Positions 1 through 12,400 of a stretch of 64,000 nt of DNA are shown in pieces. The stretch's first letter is position 1. Each line of letters begins with the position of its first letter. The translations under genes and the position numbers were made by a program. The stretch lies in assembly GCF_018977255.1 (NCBI RefSeq), contig NW_024704743.1, positions 76,076,001 through 76,140,000 on the forward strand, given 5' to 3'. The DNA comes from Callorhinchus milii. Its lineage: Eukaryota. Below the pieces are notes generated by a model, which saw nothing but the letters and a program-made list of their open reading frames with translations, was not told the origin of the DNA and did not search any database.

Positions 1-67
1 TGCACCGCCCCCCCCATGCACCGCCCCCCCCCCCTCACTGGCCCCCCCTCACTGGCCCTCCAATAAA

Positions 68-1990
68 TCACAACAACACATTGCAATTTAATGCCTTTCG
101 TGTCGGGAGAGCGTCCCAAGTCCCGTACCTGAGCTGGGGGTTGGGTACAAGAGTGGTCGGACCAATGGGGGTGGGAAGATGACCAAAGAGGAAGATCTTG
201 AGATGGACCTTGAAGAAGACGAGGAAAGGGGCATTGCAATGCGACTCAGAGTAGAGGGTCAGTGATGAGGGGAGGGGGAGTGACTGAGTGGGAGGTGAGT
301 GATTGAGTTCCAGAGAGTGGGGGCAAGAAAGCTAAAAGCATGGCCACCATGTCTGCCGAGTGGAGGGAAAGGATTGGGTTGGTAAGGTTTTAGATCAGAA
401 AGGTAAGGTGGGGCAAGCCTGAAAGGCTTTAAAAATGAGGATAACATTGAACTCGATGCTTTGGGGATAGGGAGCCAATGTAGGTGGGTAAGGATGGGGG
501 TGATAGGTTTACAGAGTCTGGTGCAAGAGAGGACATTAGCAGCAGAATTTTGAATAGTCAGCAGCTTGCGGAGAGAAGAGTTGAGAAGAATGGTGAGCAA
601 AGGGTTAGCATAGCACAGCTTTGAGGTGATCAGTGCATGGCTTAAAGGTTGTCTGAGGGCAGAGGTAGTGGCGGAGGTGGGAAATGTTGAGAGAGTTGGG
701 AAAAGCTGAACAGGTCAAGGCACAGATGTGTAGTTTATAGGACAATTGAGAATCAAACACGACACTGAAGTTCGGTACTGGATTAGTATGGTGGAGTGGG
801 CATCTGTTTATAGCGAAGCTGTCAGCTGTCAGAGATAAAAAGGCACTGACAAGCCAAGCAGGAGAGTCTGTTTTGTTGACATTTAGTTTGAGAAAGTTAG
901 CTTTTATCCAGGATTTAATGTTTGATAGCCAACCATTCAGGACAGTAGTGGTGTTGGAATCGAGGGTAGAGGCAGAGATATAGAATTGGGTGTCAACCAA
1001 AGTTAACCCAATGCTTGCAGATGCCATCACCAAGGAGCATGTAAATGTTAAAGAGGAGATGGCCAAAGGTAGACGCCCTGAGGAACTCAACAACAACTTG
1101 CATTTATAGAGCGCCCCTCATGCAGGTTTTAGTATCTCCACAAGTAATGGTGTGGGGGCAAGAGTAGAAACCACTGGCAGATACAAAGTGGAAACACTGG
1201 GAAGAGTAAGAATGAAACCATGTAAGGACAAAACCGTGAAGGTGAAGCTGAGAGGAAAAGTGTTGGAGAAGAATAGAGTGGTCGATAGTGTCAAAGGCAG
1301 CAGAAAGATCAAGTAAGATGAGGTAGAGAGAGCCTTCGGCACAGAAGGAAAAAATTTAATTTGTGACTTCGACCAGGACAGTCTCTGTACTATGAGCAAG
1401 AATGGCATGCTGATTTGAGGGGTTGATACAGGTACTGCAGGGAAAGGAAAGAGCGAAGCTGGGAAGCAACAGTACTTTGGAGAGGAAATGAACTGAGGAG
1501 AGGAGGAGATGGAGAGGAGAGGAGGTGTCAGTACAAAGGTCAGAGAGAGCAAAATGGATATCCTCAATTTTTGGACACAGAAAGTCCAACATCTCACATT
1601 TGGAGGATGTGTGGGATATGGGGGGGAAGATGGGCGAAGAAGTTGGTTTGTAATGGAGAAGAGGAGCCTGGGGTTGTCTTTGGCATCCAGGATGATCTTG
1701 GAATAAAAAGATGATATAGCTGAGGCAAGGGCAGTGTGCTAAATTTTGGTGCAGTCCAGCCAAATTTGGTGGTGGACAGATAGATTAGATTTGATTCAGA
1801 TGTGTTGAACACACACCTGTGATTTAAGGGAGTGGAGGTGGTTGGTGTACCATGGGGACTTGCAGGAATAGTAAATGATTCAGAAGGTGATTGGGGCAAA
1901 TGTGTCGAGGATATTACTGAGGGGGTCGTGAAGGAAATTGACCGAGGAAGGGAGGGCATTGCGAGAAGAGAGCCAAAGGAGCAGGAGTTC
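68..1990 (-). mobile_element. Degenerate L2-type LINE fragments
   Basis: Frameshifted RT-region peptides (WIKANFLKLNVNKT, HSTETVLVEVTN, PITPILTHLHWLPI) and (GTT)n-type tails. Confidence 0.8.
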
Positions 1991-2009
1991 AGATGAAATT
2001 AAGCAGGAG

Positions 2010-3570
2010 GCGGGTAATTGCTTTCCATTCAATCATCACTCACCCTCTATTCACTCCTCCCTCACCCTCCAATCACTCTCGAAGCACTCCTCATTGACCA
2101 CTCTATTCTTCTCCACTGCCTCTCCTTTCACCTCAACCTTCATGGTTCTGTCCTTGAAAAGTTCAGATCCTATCTCCCACACCACCTCCACTTTGTCTCT
2201 ATAAACAGCTTCTCCTCCAGCCCCCACCCTGTATCACGTGGTGTTCCTCAGGCCTCTGTCCTCGGTCCTCTACTCTTCAACCTATACATGCTCCCTCTTG
2301 ATGACATCATCTGCAGACATAATAATAATAATCCTTGCATTTGATATAGCGCTTTTCACGTCGGGAGGACGTCCCAAAGCGCTTCACAGAACACACTGTA
2401 AAGTGAATTGACTGTATATTTGTGGGCGAACGCGGCAGCCAATTGCGCACAACAATGTCTCACAAACAGTCATGGATTGAAAATGACCAATTTATTATTG
2501 TTTTTGGTTTTGGAGGGATTATTATTAGGCGTGTGGAGTAAGGAAACTTGCCCAAGGTTTCGCCCTGCCTGGAATTGAACTCAGGTCTCTCACTTGCAAA
2601 GCGAGTGCTCTAACCACTGAGCTACAGGACTCCACATGAGGTCAACTCCCACATGTATGCAGATAACACCCAATCTCTCCAACTCCAGGACCACTGCTGT
2701 CCTGACAGAATGTATGTCAGACATCAGATCCTGGATGAGAGCTAACTTTCTACAGTTGAACATCGACAAGACCGAGACACACCTGATTGGCTCCCATCAG
2801 TGCCTCCACACCTCAGGCACTGGCAGCATCACCATCCAAGGATGCACACTCCACCTCACCAAGCCAGTCCAGAACTTTGGTGTCTTATTTGACCCTCAAC
2901 TGTCCTTTCTCCCCCACATCCGTGCCATGACCCACTCTCCCTGCCCTAAACTCCACAACATGCCTGGCTCTGCCACTGTCTCATCCCTCAGGCCACTAAC
3001 ACCATCATTGATACGTTCATCACATCTAGGCTCAACTACTCCCCAACTCCCTGTTTGTTAGTCTTCCCAACTTTTCCCACCACAAGCTGCAGATCGTCTA
3101 GAACTCTGCAGCTCGTGTCCTCTCCCACACCAGGCTCCATGATGCCATCAACCCCGCCCTCAGTGGCTCCACTGGGAGATGGAGTTCAAATTCCATGTCC
3201 TCGCCTTCAAGGCCCTCCATGGCCTTGCTCCTTCCTACCTCTTCGACCTGCTAATCCCTTATCAACCCGTCCGCTCTCTCCACTCAGCAGGTTTGGCCTG
3301 CTCCACGTCTCCCACCTGGCCAGCCCTACCATCGGTGGTTGGGCCTTCAGCCTCTCTGCCTCCACCCTTTCGAACTCCATCACACAGTCCCTTCAAGACG
3401 TGTCTCAAGACCCCCCCTCTTTGACCATGCCTTCGGCCACCCTCCTACCCTCCCTGCCTTCCATCCACCCTTACTCCAATCCACCCCACTCGGGTCCAAA
3501 TCCCTGACTGTCCAGGGTCTTGGGACGTCCTCCTGACGTGAAAGGCACTATACAAATATAATTTTCTATT
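2010..3570 (+). mobile_element. L2-type LINE fragment with a nested SINE
   Basis: [13 protein letters not shown] and WMRANFLQLNIDKTE; the L2 resumes at 2634 after the SINE. Confidence 0.85.
2319..2633 (-). mobile_element. Young tRNA-derived SINE with L2-type tail, full length
   Basis: Head GGAGTCCTGTAGCTCAGTGGTTAGAGC (A box) ..GAGTTCAATTCC (B box), (ATT)n tail; near-identical to other copies. Confidence 0.9.
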
Positions 3571-4029
3571 GAATTGTATTCACCCTCCACGCACTCACTC
3601 TTCACTCACGGGTCCGTTGTAGAATACTGGACTTGATCAACACTCTCATGAACCCTCTGGCCACGACCGATGGCAGACTTCATTGGAATGTCATCCTAAT
3701 CTATGATAAATCAGAGTATTTACCAAAAGATTGGTGGTTCATTTATAGTTCACCTGTTCAATTTGTACAATTCTACATGTACATGTGAAAAGTGCTTTTC
3801 TTGTGATCAGTTGAGTAACAAATCTTAGTTCACATTTGCTGCCTAAACTACCTTACTGTGGCAGATACAAAAAAACAGACTTCTGACATGGGAGCCAAGT
3901 ACCTGACCTTCCTTTAGCATTGCATGAGTGACATCTAGTCTAGACACAAAGCTATTTTACAAAAGGATAGAAAATAGACAATTTCTCTCCTCCCCTTAAT
4001 CAAAACAAAAGGATGGTAACAATGTACCC

Positions 4030-4460
4030 AAATAATGTGGGTTCAAGCCCTATGTTGGGACTTCAAAACTCGGAGACTATGTTGATGCTCGAGTCAGTAC
4101 TGAAGAGCAGTGCATTGGTAAAAGTGCCGACCTTCAGATGGGATGTTAAACCAAGATCCCGGTTGCTTGTTCGGATGGATATTAAAGATCCCATGGCACG
4201 ATTTGAAACAAGAAGGGAGTATTTCCCCATGTCCTGGCCAACAATCCTCCAGATAACACTGGTCAAGCTACACTGGAAGAATCTTCTTGTTTTGAATGGT
4301 ACTTCTTGGATATTTCGTTTCCTGCCTGTTTATTGAACAAATTCCCTGCTGCTTTTAAACTATAAATAGTCACTGCATTTTACAGTAAACCCCTCTGGAA
4401 GTGCTTTGAGACATTTCACAAGCATGATAGATGCTACATCAAATGTAAAGATGATTATGA
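4030..4460 (+). mobile_element. Deu-domain SINE (DeuSINE-like), old copy
   Basis: GTGCCGACCTTCAGATGGGATGTTAAACC..AAAGATCCCATGGCAC core; relatives at ~31480-31810, 35455-35700, 45505-45745, 54540-54830 and 56150-56550. Confidence 0.7.
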
Positions 4461-4848
4461 TAAATCAGCTATTTGTTGAGACTCTCTTATCACATTCATT
4501 TGAAATAATAATGAACTCCAGACTGAAACAGTTTTATTATATTCTTTGCGAATTGTGCCAATGTATATCAAAGTAATGATTGAGTGAAAGTTCAACTACG
4601 GTATTTGTGGAACAAGTAAACACACTGGGCCCTAAATTATGTTCAAAACATCACTTATGTAAATTAAGATGGCAGATGTAATTTGGGGAGTTAATGGGAA
4701 AACAAGGATCAATTATATGCCTTAAATTCCTGTGAGGTTTTTGCATCTGGCTACTGGAGATAAAGTGACCTCATGGAAAAAATTCAGAAGGTTTAAATTT
4801 TGCATGAATTCAACGTGGCTTTTCCATACCTTAGAAATTGAAATAAAG

Positions 4849-5266
4849 TGTCAGCCTGGCTTAGTTGGTTGCTTGCTTGTCTCTGAGTCAGATGGTTGTG
4901 GGTTCAAGCACCAATTGGGAACTTGAACTCACAATCTAGGCTGGCATTCAATGTCAGTATTGAGGGAGCACTGCATTTCGCAAGGTGCCATCCTTCAGAT
5001 GAGACATTAACAATAATAATCCTTGCATTTGATATGCAATAATAATCCTTGCATTTGATATGCATTTGATAGAAGCTGAGGTCCCATCTGCCTGTTCACT
5101 ATTGAATGTTTCAACCAACGGACAGCACGCCCAACAACGCAGTGCACACTCAGCACTGCATTGTTGTTTCAGCCTAGACCCTGATTTCAAAGTCCCAATG
5201 TAGGGCTTCAACCCACAATGCTCTGACTCAGAGGAAAGACTGCTACCAACTGAGCCAAACTGACAC
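4849..5266. mobile_element. Two Deu-domain SINE heads in opposite orientation
   Basis: 4849-5010 (+) and 5075-5266 (-), separated by a tandemly repeated SINE-tail fragment. Confidence 0.7.
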
Positions 5267-6275
5267 CTTTTTGGTTCAATTAAAATGGAAAACACACATG
5301 AATCTTGAAAGCTTCAAATGGGTAATTTTACTAGCAAGTACAAAATAAAGCAGATTCACCACCCAAAAGTCAGTAAATCTACTAACAAGGAAATAATAAC
5401 TCTCAAAAGTGTTTTATATTATTTGAAGCAAGAAAATTGAATAATAATACTGAAAACAATACCGGTTGGCAGTAGTGGGATTTTATACTCTTTCAACAGC
5501 AATGCATTAAAGTGCTCAACCATGCTAACTACTGGCAGTGACTTGCACCACTTGGCCACATGACCTATTGGGACAGCTTTGGGAATGGAGCTGCAAAGGA
5601 AATGAGCATGACAGAATGCTATCTTGAAGCCACTATATAATTGCTAATAGTCTTAATAGGTTCTATATTCATATAAATAACTGACTTTTGTTTCTCTTCC
5701 TGAACTTTAAGAAAGAGATGTTGCAAATAATTATGTGTAAACAAATGCAACCCTATTCAATGCCGTACATTCCTTGTAACTTTGTTGGATAATGTTCAGT
5801 AAAATTCTGTGTGCAAGTATGTGCCTTGAGAAATAACAGTTTGCAAAGGGAAGGATCTCATCTCTAAGCCATCTAATAACTAATGTCTGCCTTTGGTGGC
5901 ATTTTTGATAGATGTGATAATCATGACTTGTGATAGCATCACATGCAGCATTCCCCACCAGCATTATATAATCCACCAGCAAGATCTCATTCTCCAGAGA
6001 AACACGAACAAGTGTCTGTTTGTGTCATGTATCTGATTAATAGATGAATTTTCATAGTAGGGACAAAATAAGTGAATTTGAAGGGGGTGGTCCAGCGTAG
6101 TACTTCAGAACAGTAATGTACGATGGCATGATCTGTGTGTGGTTCTGAACCCAGCTGTGCTGCATAGACGTGATAACATTGGGAAGGAAGATAAATCAGA
6201 GGTGTATCCCCAGGCTACTGTCATATATCTCTTAGTAATGGGTTAAAGATTAGAAGTGTAACAGCAGCTCAAATT

Positions 6276-6600
6276 GGAGTCCTGTAGCTCAGTGGTTAGA
6301 GCACTCGCTTTGCAAGCGAGAGACCTGAGTTCAGTTCCAGGCAGGTCAGGGCGAAATCTTGGGCAAGTTTCCTTACTCCACACAGAGCCTAATAATAATC
6401 CCTCAAAAACCAAAAACAATAATAAATTGGTCATTTTCAATCCACGACTGTTTGTGGGACATTGCTGTGCGCAATTGGCTGCCGCGTTCGCCCACAAATA
6501 TACAGTCAATTCACTTTACAGTGTGTTCTGTGAAGCGCTTTGGGACGTCCTCCCGAAGTGAAAAGCGCTATATCAAATGCAAGGATTATTATTATAATTA
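6276..6600 (+). mobile_element. Young tRNA-derived SINE, full length
   Basis: Same family as 2319-2633. Confidence 0.9.
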
Positions 6601-7389
6601 TGTAGGTAGTGTATTATGTTACACACAGACCTGAAGATAGAAAATATTAAATAATGTTCAAAGAGCAACATCGTAATTTAGTTTGATATATCTGGTGGGT
6701 GGTGGGGGGGGGGGGATGTTTGGTTTTATTTAGCTATCCCTGCTTGCACTGTTGAATAATCCAAATTACATATGCTTAGTTCAGCTTCAAAGTTTAATTA
6801 CAACCATTTTTAGTCCCAGTGAAAACATCTTTTTATGTGTGATTTAAATGCACCACATGATATATATGTACACAAAAAGGTTTAAGCTAAGGATCACAGA
6901 TTCAGACTGTATTTAAAGCATTTGCTGACTATGTTATTTGTCTGATTAATAGATTAATCCTCAAAGTAGGACAAGCCAAAACTCCCAGCCTTTCATGCAT
7001 GTTAAGTAAAGTGGAACAAGCCACATAAATACAACTATGTTAACAAGCATGCTGAAACCAGCAAGTATAGCAAGATACAATTTAATACAACCACTCCGTC
7101 TCCACTCTCTCTTCCCAGATGTGCACTCTGCTCACCTGCAGAGAATTAGATGCAAGGCGGCACGACCTGAGGCTTGGGGACCCCAGTGTGTGCATTGAGG
7201 TACCGTTGGAGTTAAACCACCTATTACCATAGATTGCCATTGAAAGCAACATCTGGCAAACTTCCCAATGCTTGTCCAGTTAGGACCATCCCATCCGTTA
7301 CAGCTTTGGCTTGCAACAACAATAATAACTTGCATTTATATAGTACTCCTCACAGGAAAGCGTCTCAGAATGCTTTTTTTTGGTGGGGG

Positions 7390-7990
7390 GAGGAGTCAGC
7401 CAAGTGTCTGAGATATGCAAAAACCCATCCATCACCATGCTTAAGTATCCAAACTAAACTGAGAATTCCATGCATCCACCTACACATGGAAATTCCAGAG
7501 ATTGACTGTCGGAATGAAATGTGCACTTTCTCCCTGGAGGGCCATATCCTGCTTACCTAATTCCAGAAAGTATTAATTGCAGGTTGACAATAACAACGGC
7601 TTGGGTATCCCAGAGTGTGTGTTGCATTACTGATGGTGTTTAACAAGCTAAAACTGCATAGCTTGGCATTGATATCGCTATCTGCCAAGCTTTCCTGCTG
7701 CTTGTACAGCTAGAATCACCCTCCATTAGGGCTTTGGCTTGTAGGGTTAAAGGGAGCTGAATGGGAAGAGTCTCTGCCCCCAATGATTGGTCTGCCCTTC
7801 CAGGTCCTGCCAGCAAGCCAGGCTGGCTGTGCTGTCATCATCACCTGGAATACTGCAGACCTGCCTGGCTCAGGAACGGACAACCGAGACCACCACAGAG
7901 AGGGCTGGTTCAACTGTGGCATTCCGTTGCCAAGCCTGGTACCTTGGAGCCATATTACCTTGGAGTTCAGCATCTCTTCCCATTGAGCGA
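7390..7990 (-). repeat. Unclassified old interspersed repeat (longest copy)
   Basis: Alignable by eye with 7150-7315, 18575-18920, 26090-26670, 28800-29180, 41010-41250, 44080-44480 and 48085-48240. Confidence 0.7.
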
Positions 7991-8879
7991 TGTTTCCATC
8001 AGTTGGAGGTGTGGAGGTTAAGTCGCAGCTGCTTTTCTCTGCAGGCCAATCATGGTGGATTCCAGGCACTGAATATACAAACATGTGTTAATGAACTTGC
8101 ACTCCAGGTAACGCCTTCCAGCAGCTGTTGCCCTAAGCCTCAGAGTTTCCTCTTGAGCTATCTGAATGGATATATGCCTTCAGCGTGGTGGGAGGATGAG
8201 AGTGCTGTAAAGTGGCAGGGTTGGGAGGGTCATGTCGGGCGTCCTCCCGATGTGAAAGGTTGGGCAAGTTTCCTTACTCCACACGCCTCTGTTTACCTGG
8301 CAGTAGGTAGGAACCCGGTTAGTCGATTGGTGGATCACTTTTCTGGGGGGTAACAATCTCTTTAAAAAAATTTGATCACTCAATCCATAACTTGTTTGTG
8401 GGACACTGCTGTGCACAATTGGCTGCCGCGTTTCACCCACAAATATACAGTCAATTAATTCACTTTACAGTATATGCTGTGAAGCAGTTTGAGGCATTTT
8501 AAACATGTGATAAAATGCTATATCAAATGCAAAGATTATTATTTATCTATCAAGAAGTAATCTCCTTCAAGAGAAGATGAACTAGGGCTTGAACCCACAA
8601 CCTTCTTATTCAGATCAATAAGCAGTCTCCAGGATGGAAAACAAGATTAGCTGCATGGTTTACAAAGATTATTACGTTTTAATAGAGCAGCATGGAATAT
8701 TTTCTCTAAATATTCTTACCCAAAAGGTGAATTGCAGGTTGCTCTAAAAATAACCAAAACTGCAATCCAGAATTGTAAATGAATGAGATTGATGATCTGA
8801 TTGAATGGAGAGAGAAGTGGCACAGCTTTAAAATTGTTATTGCTGTCAAGCCGTGCACGTCTGCACTCAGACCAGGTTT

Positions 8880-9030
8880 GTTGTGAATTTGAATCAGCCG
8901 CGCTCTCTGACTGGCTGCTTTCATTGGCCCTTTTTTTTTTACTAATTGATAAATGGAACCGAGGGAGAGAGTGCGGGAGTGAAGGCAGGCGGATACACGG
9001 GGGGTGTTGCAGATGTAAAGAGTAAATCAG
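8880..9030 (+). promoter_or_regulatory. Candidate buc promoter and non-coding first exon
   Basis: Locally CpG-containing stretch with reverse CCAAT (attgg ~8923), TAATTG at 8943-8948 and donor-like cag|gtagtt at 9030. The ATG exon has its own acceptor, so an upstream exon is expected. Confidence 0.4.
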
Positions 9031-9338
9031 GTAGTTTGCATGGAGGGTCTTTTTTTTAAAAAAATCGTGAGCCTTAGAGTGGGTGTGCAATTTATTTTGT
9101 GAAATGTGTACTTTTTGGGTGGTAAGGAAAGAGTTGATATTGGTCCTGTGTTATTTTTTTTGGCTGCTTTTGCTTTGCCTCAAAATAGTGCGTTTGTCGT
9201 ACTTTTCGTTTGTATGTTATGCGCTCTTTAAGCTGTAACTTTCCTTCTTTTTACCCGACAGCGAGAGCGCCTATGACTATTCTACTGATACTGGACAGCT
9301 ATATTTTTATTTTGACTTTTTGCTTGTTGCCAGTCGTG

Positions 9339-9498
9339 ATGACTTCACCATCCGGCCACAGAGTACATGATGGGCACATGCCAAACTACGCTCGGCCTTT
9401 CTTCCTCCCACCTATGCAAACACAACCTATGTTTTCACCTCCAGTATCTCACTTCGTGCACCCTGCCGCCTTCCAACCGTATTTCTATCCATCACTAG
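9339..9498 (+). CDS. buc: buc coding exon 1 (MTSPSGH...YFYPSL)
   Basis: Polypyrimidine tract and cag acceptor ending at 9333, ATG at 9339, donor G|gtaagt after 9498. Confidence 0.85.
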
Positions 9499-12400
9499 GT
9501 AAGTGGATGAAAGCTTGAGGCTTTTACCGGTGAGGCGAGTATGTTATTTAGAAACGTGCTCGGGTTACAAATGTTACAACTCTCCTACACCTCTTGCTTC
9601 CAGTGTTTTTTTTTGTAGCTGTTTAGGGGCATGGCTGTTTATCTAAAATAGCCTTGAAGTAAAGTTTATTTTTAAAAAAGATAATTCGTGCCCTTTTTGA
9701 GGGGGTTCCTTGAATGGCTCATTAAAGTGGCATTGAACCACGAATGTTGCACTACATGAGGCTTTGCGTTCCTTCCCACCATCTGAAAGCAGTCTGCTGC
9801 TCCCTGTCTGCTTCAACAGGAGGAATGATCTCTTGCACTGGGGGAGGGGAAATGGGAAAATCAGGCAGTGAATGGTGACTGCAGATTTGTCGATCATTAG
9901 CTACTGGGTTCAGGAGAGAAGCTATTAGGGTGTCCCTCTCAATCTGCATTTATAGCCGGTTTTGTTTCTGGAATGGGATTGCTTTCTCGGTGTCAATGAA
10001 GCGATCTTTTATTTTGTGTGCGCTCAGGTCTGGTGACAAATGAAATCGCAACTAAGACTCGCCTTCTAATACACTTGTTACATGGAAAGCCTCGTAGCTT
10101 GAGCAAAAGTCAACTCCATTAGTCCCATTGACAAGTCCGATAGCCTACGAGTGACAATAGCCTAATCGTGTCCGTGACTTTCCCCCCCAACTAATATTTT
10201 GAAAACCACATTTTTTTGTGACTGGCTCACCTGTTCTGACAGCTTCACTGGGTATAGCTCAATCTATAGTTGTTTTCAGACTACCTGCCTAGAAGTTAAG
10301 CTTTTTTAAATCTACAATTTTTTTTTATTTTTGTCCTCCCCCCAGTGTCTTGGGAGGTGCTTCCAACGTGCAAGGCGCTATATCAATGCAGTGTTGTTGA
10401 GTGCCAGGTTGGTAAAGTCACCGCTCGGTTTGAAACGAATTTGAGGATCCAAATTTTACCCCTCACTATCATTGCGTTCAGGGGCACTATAATTGGATTC
10501 CTATCCCCAAATCATAGGGGGGGGGGGAATAAATCAATCAAACTTCCTGCTGGATGCCTGGTGGACAGTCAACGTGTTGTTTGTTGAGAAGCACCGGATT
10601 GATTGTGTAATGAACTCTCTCTCTGGTTGAATAGCCAACATTGACCACATTCACACTTGCAGAGTGGTCACTTAAGGACGGTAACTGGAACTGGCTGGTG
10701 TCCATGGGCCTCTAACCCAGCATCCCCAGCATGAAAAGGATGCCTTTAAGAGAATGAGAGAAATACTACGAGGCTGTATAATGTGTTAAAGATCTACATG
10801 TCTTCAGTGTAAAGAGTGCAATACTGCGGCAAGTGTCCAGACAAGAACAAGTCATGACAGTCAGCCATGCGTGTTGGTCTGTCCAAATCACGGTTCTTTT
10901 TCAATCTCTGTTTTGCACTAAATACTCAATGGAGATGGGTTTTATTATTTATAAAAGACAGGTCTGCTGCTGCCTATTCTCTTACCATTTTCCTTTATTA
11001 ACGCCACTCTGACTTGGGACGTCCCCCATCCCCACGTGTGTGTGTGTGTATATATTTTTCACACGTGTGTGTAATTATGTTTGTGTTCCTTTGTTCGTTG
11101 GTAAGAAACATTTCCTCCCTCGTCTCCAAATAACCCGCAAGTGCCGCCTTCTTACATGTACCCCTTAAATCGAACTTAGCGAGTATCCCAGTGGTGGGAA
11201 TTGTGTTGTTTGGCTTATGGCTGTGCAGACTGACTGCTGAAATGTGGGATTTGTGTTTGTTTCCATGTAGAATATGGCGGTGGTTTAGGTTTGTATTATC
11301 CAGTCTGCCCTATGCAATACACCAGGAGCTTTAGCCCACATTCACCGATGCCCCACACTGGCTACAGAAGACCTTACTTTAATTCCTCATTCATCGCTCG
11401 TCCAACGTTTTACCAAACCACCCGATTCCGGCACTACAATCCTGTTCGACGAAACGTGACCAACACCGAAGTGCAAACCGACACGAACGAGACGAATCGC
11501 GGCCAAACTAAGAGGGCCGACCCGGCGACGGAGAGCGCCCGGAGCGCCAAGCAAACCACCGAGACCAGAAGAGAGCCGAGCAGGTCCGCCGGTGCCGCAC
11601 CCGCTGCGGGCGCTGCCGGTGCCGCTGCCGGGGAGGAGCGGCCATCGCCGCACGCCGACACCCGCAAAGAGCCGAGTGCGGCCGAGCAGAGCGGCGGTGC
11701 GGGGGAAGCCCGGAGCGCTCAGGCGGGAAGCTACGCCTTTCAAAAGGAAGAAATCCGCATTGAATGCAGTGAAGGCGCGCCTTCCATCAACGTGTGGCGG
11801 TCGTTTGAAGCCACGGTTCCCATATACAACGCCACGCCGAGCAAACAGGCGGAAGAGCGGATCCAGTGCGAGGTGTGGTCCGTGAGCGCCTGTGACGGCG
11901 CTGTGCCCTTCTACAGCCCCTTCGTCGAGGGGGACACCGGCACCCAGAGAGCCCAGGCTCCCGGGGAGGAGGCCGGGGGAGCGGCCGCGCCGCAAGCGCG
12001 AGTCCCGGGGCTGCTGCCCGCGCCGAGCCAATGTCCGCAAAATGGGTGCAGCGAGTGCGAAGCCAAAGGGGCCGCGGGGAGACCTCCCGCCTCGGCGGAC
12101 CCGGACCCGCGCGAGACGAACGAAAGTCAGAAGCCCGCGGGGAAGGGCTCGTCCGACAAACCCGCACAACCGCGCGGCCGGGGGGAGAGGGAGAGGGAGC
12201 GGGAGAGGGGCGCGGAGACTGACGTGCGGCCACTCTGCCCCTCACCCCGACGCGAGGAGCCGACGTGCGAGGTGATGCCGAGCGACTCCCCGGGTTCCGC
12301 CGAGTCCGGGGACGAGTACGTGCCGTCCTCCAGCGTCCTGGCCTGGCTGCGCCAACACGCTCGCCAGTACCGCTGGGCGCCCCACCTGCCCCAGGCCGTG

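Noticed and set aside
1..60. C-rich short tandem units
   Set aside because: Low-complexity sequence at the window edge beside an L2 tail; no regular repeat-spacer structure
6276..6355. tRNA-Ala(TGC)-like gene
   Set aside because: It is the head of a multi-copy SINE, continuous with the body and L2-type tail, with no proper acceptor stem
9210..9338. Hydrophobic leader on buc (non-ATG start in the ORF track)
   Set aside because: Intronic polypyrimidine tract ahead of the cag acceptor
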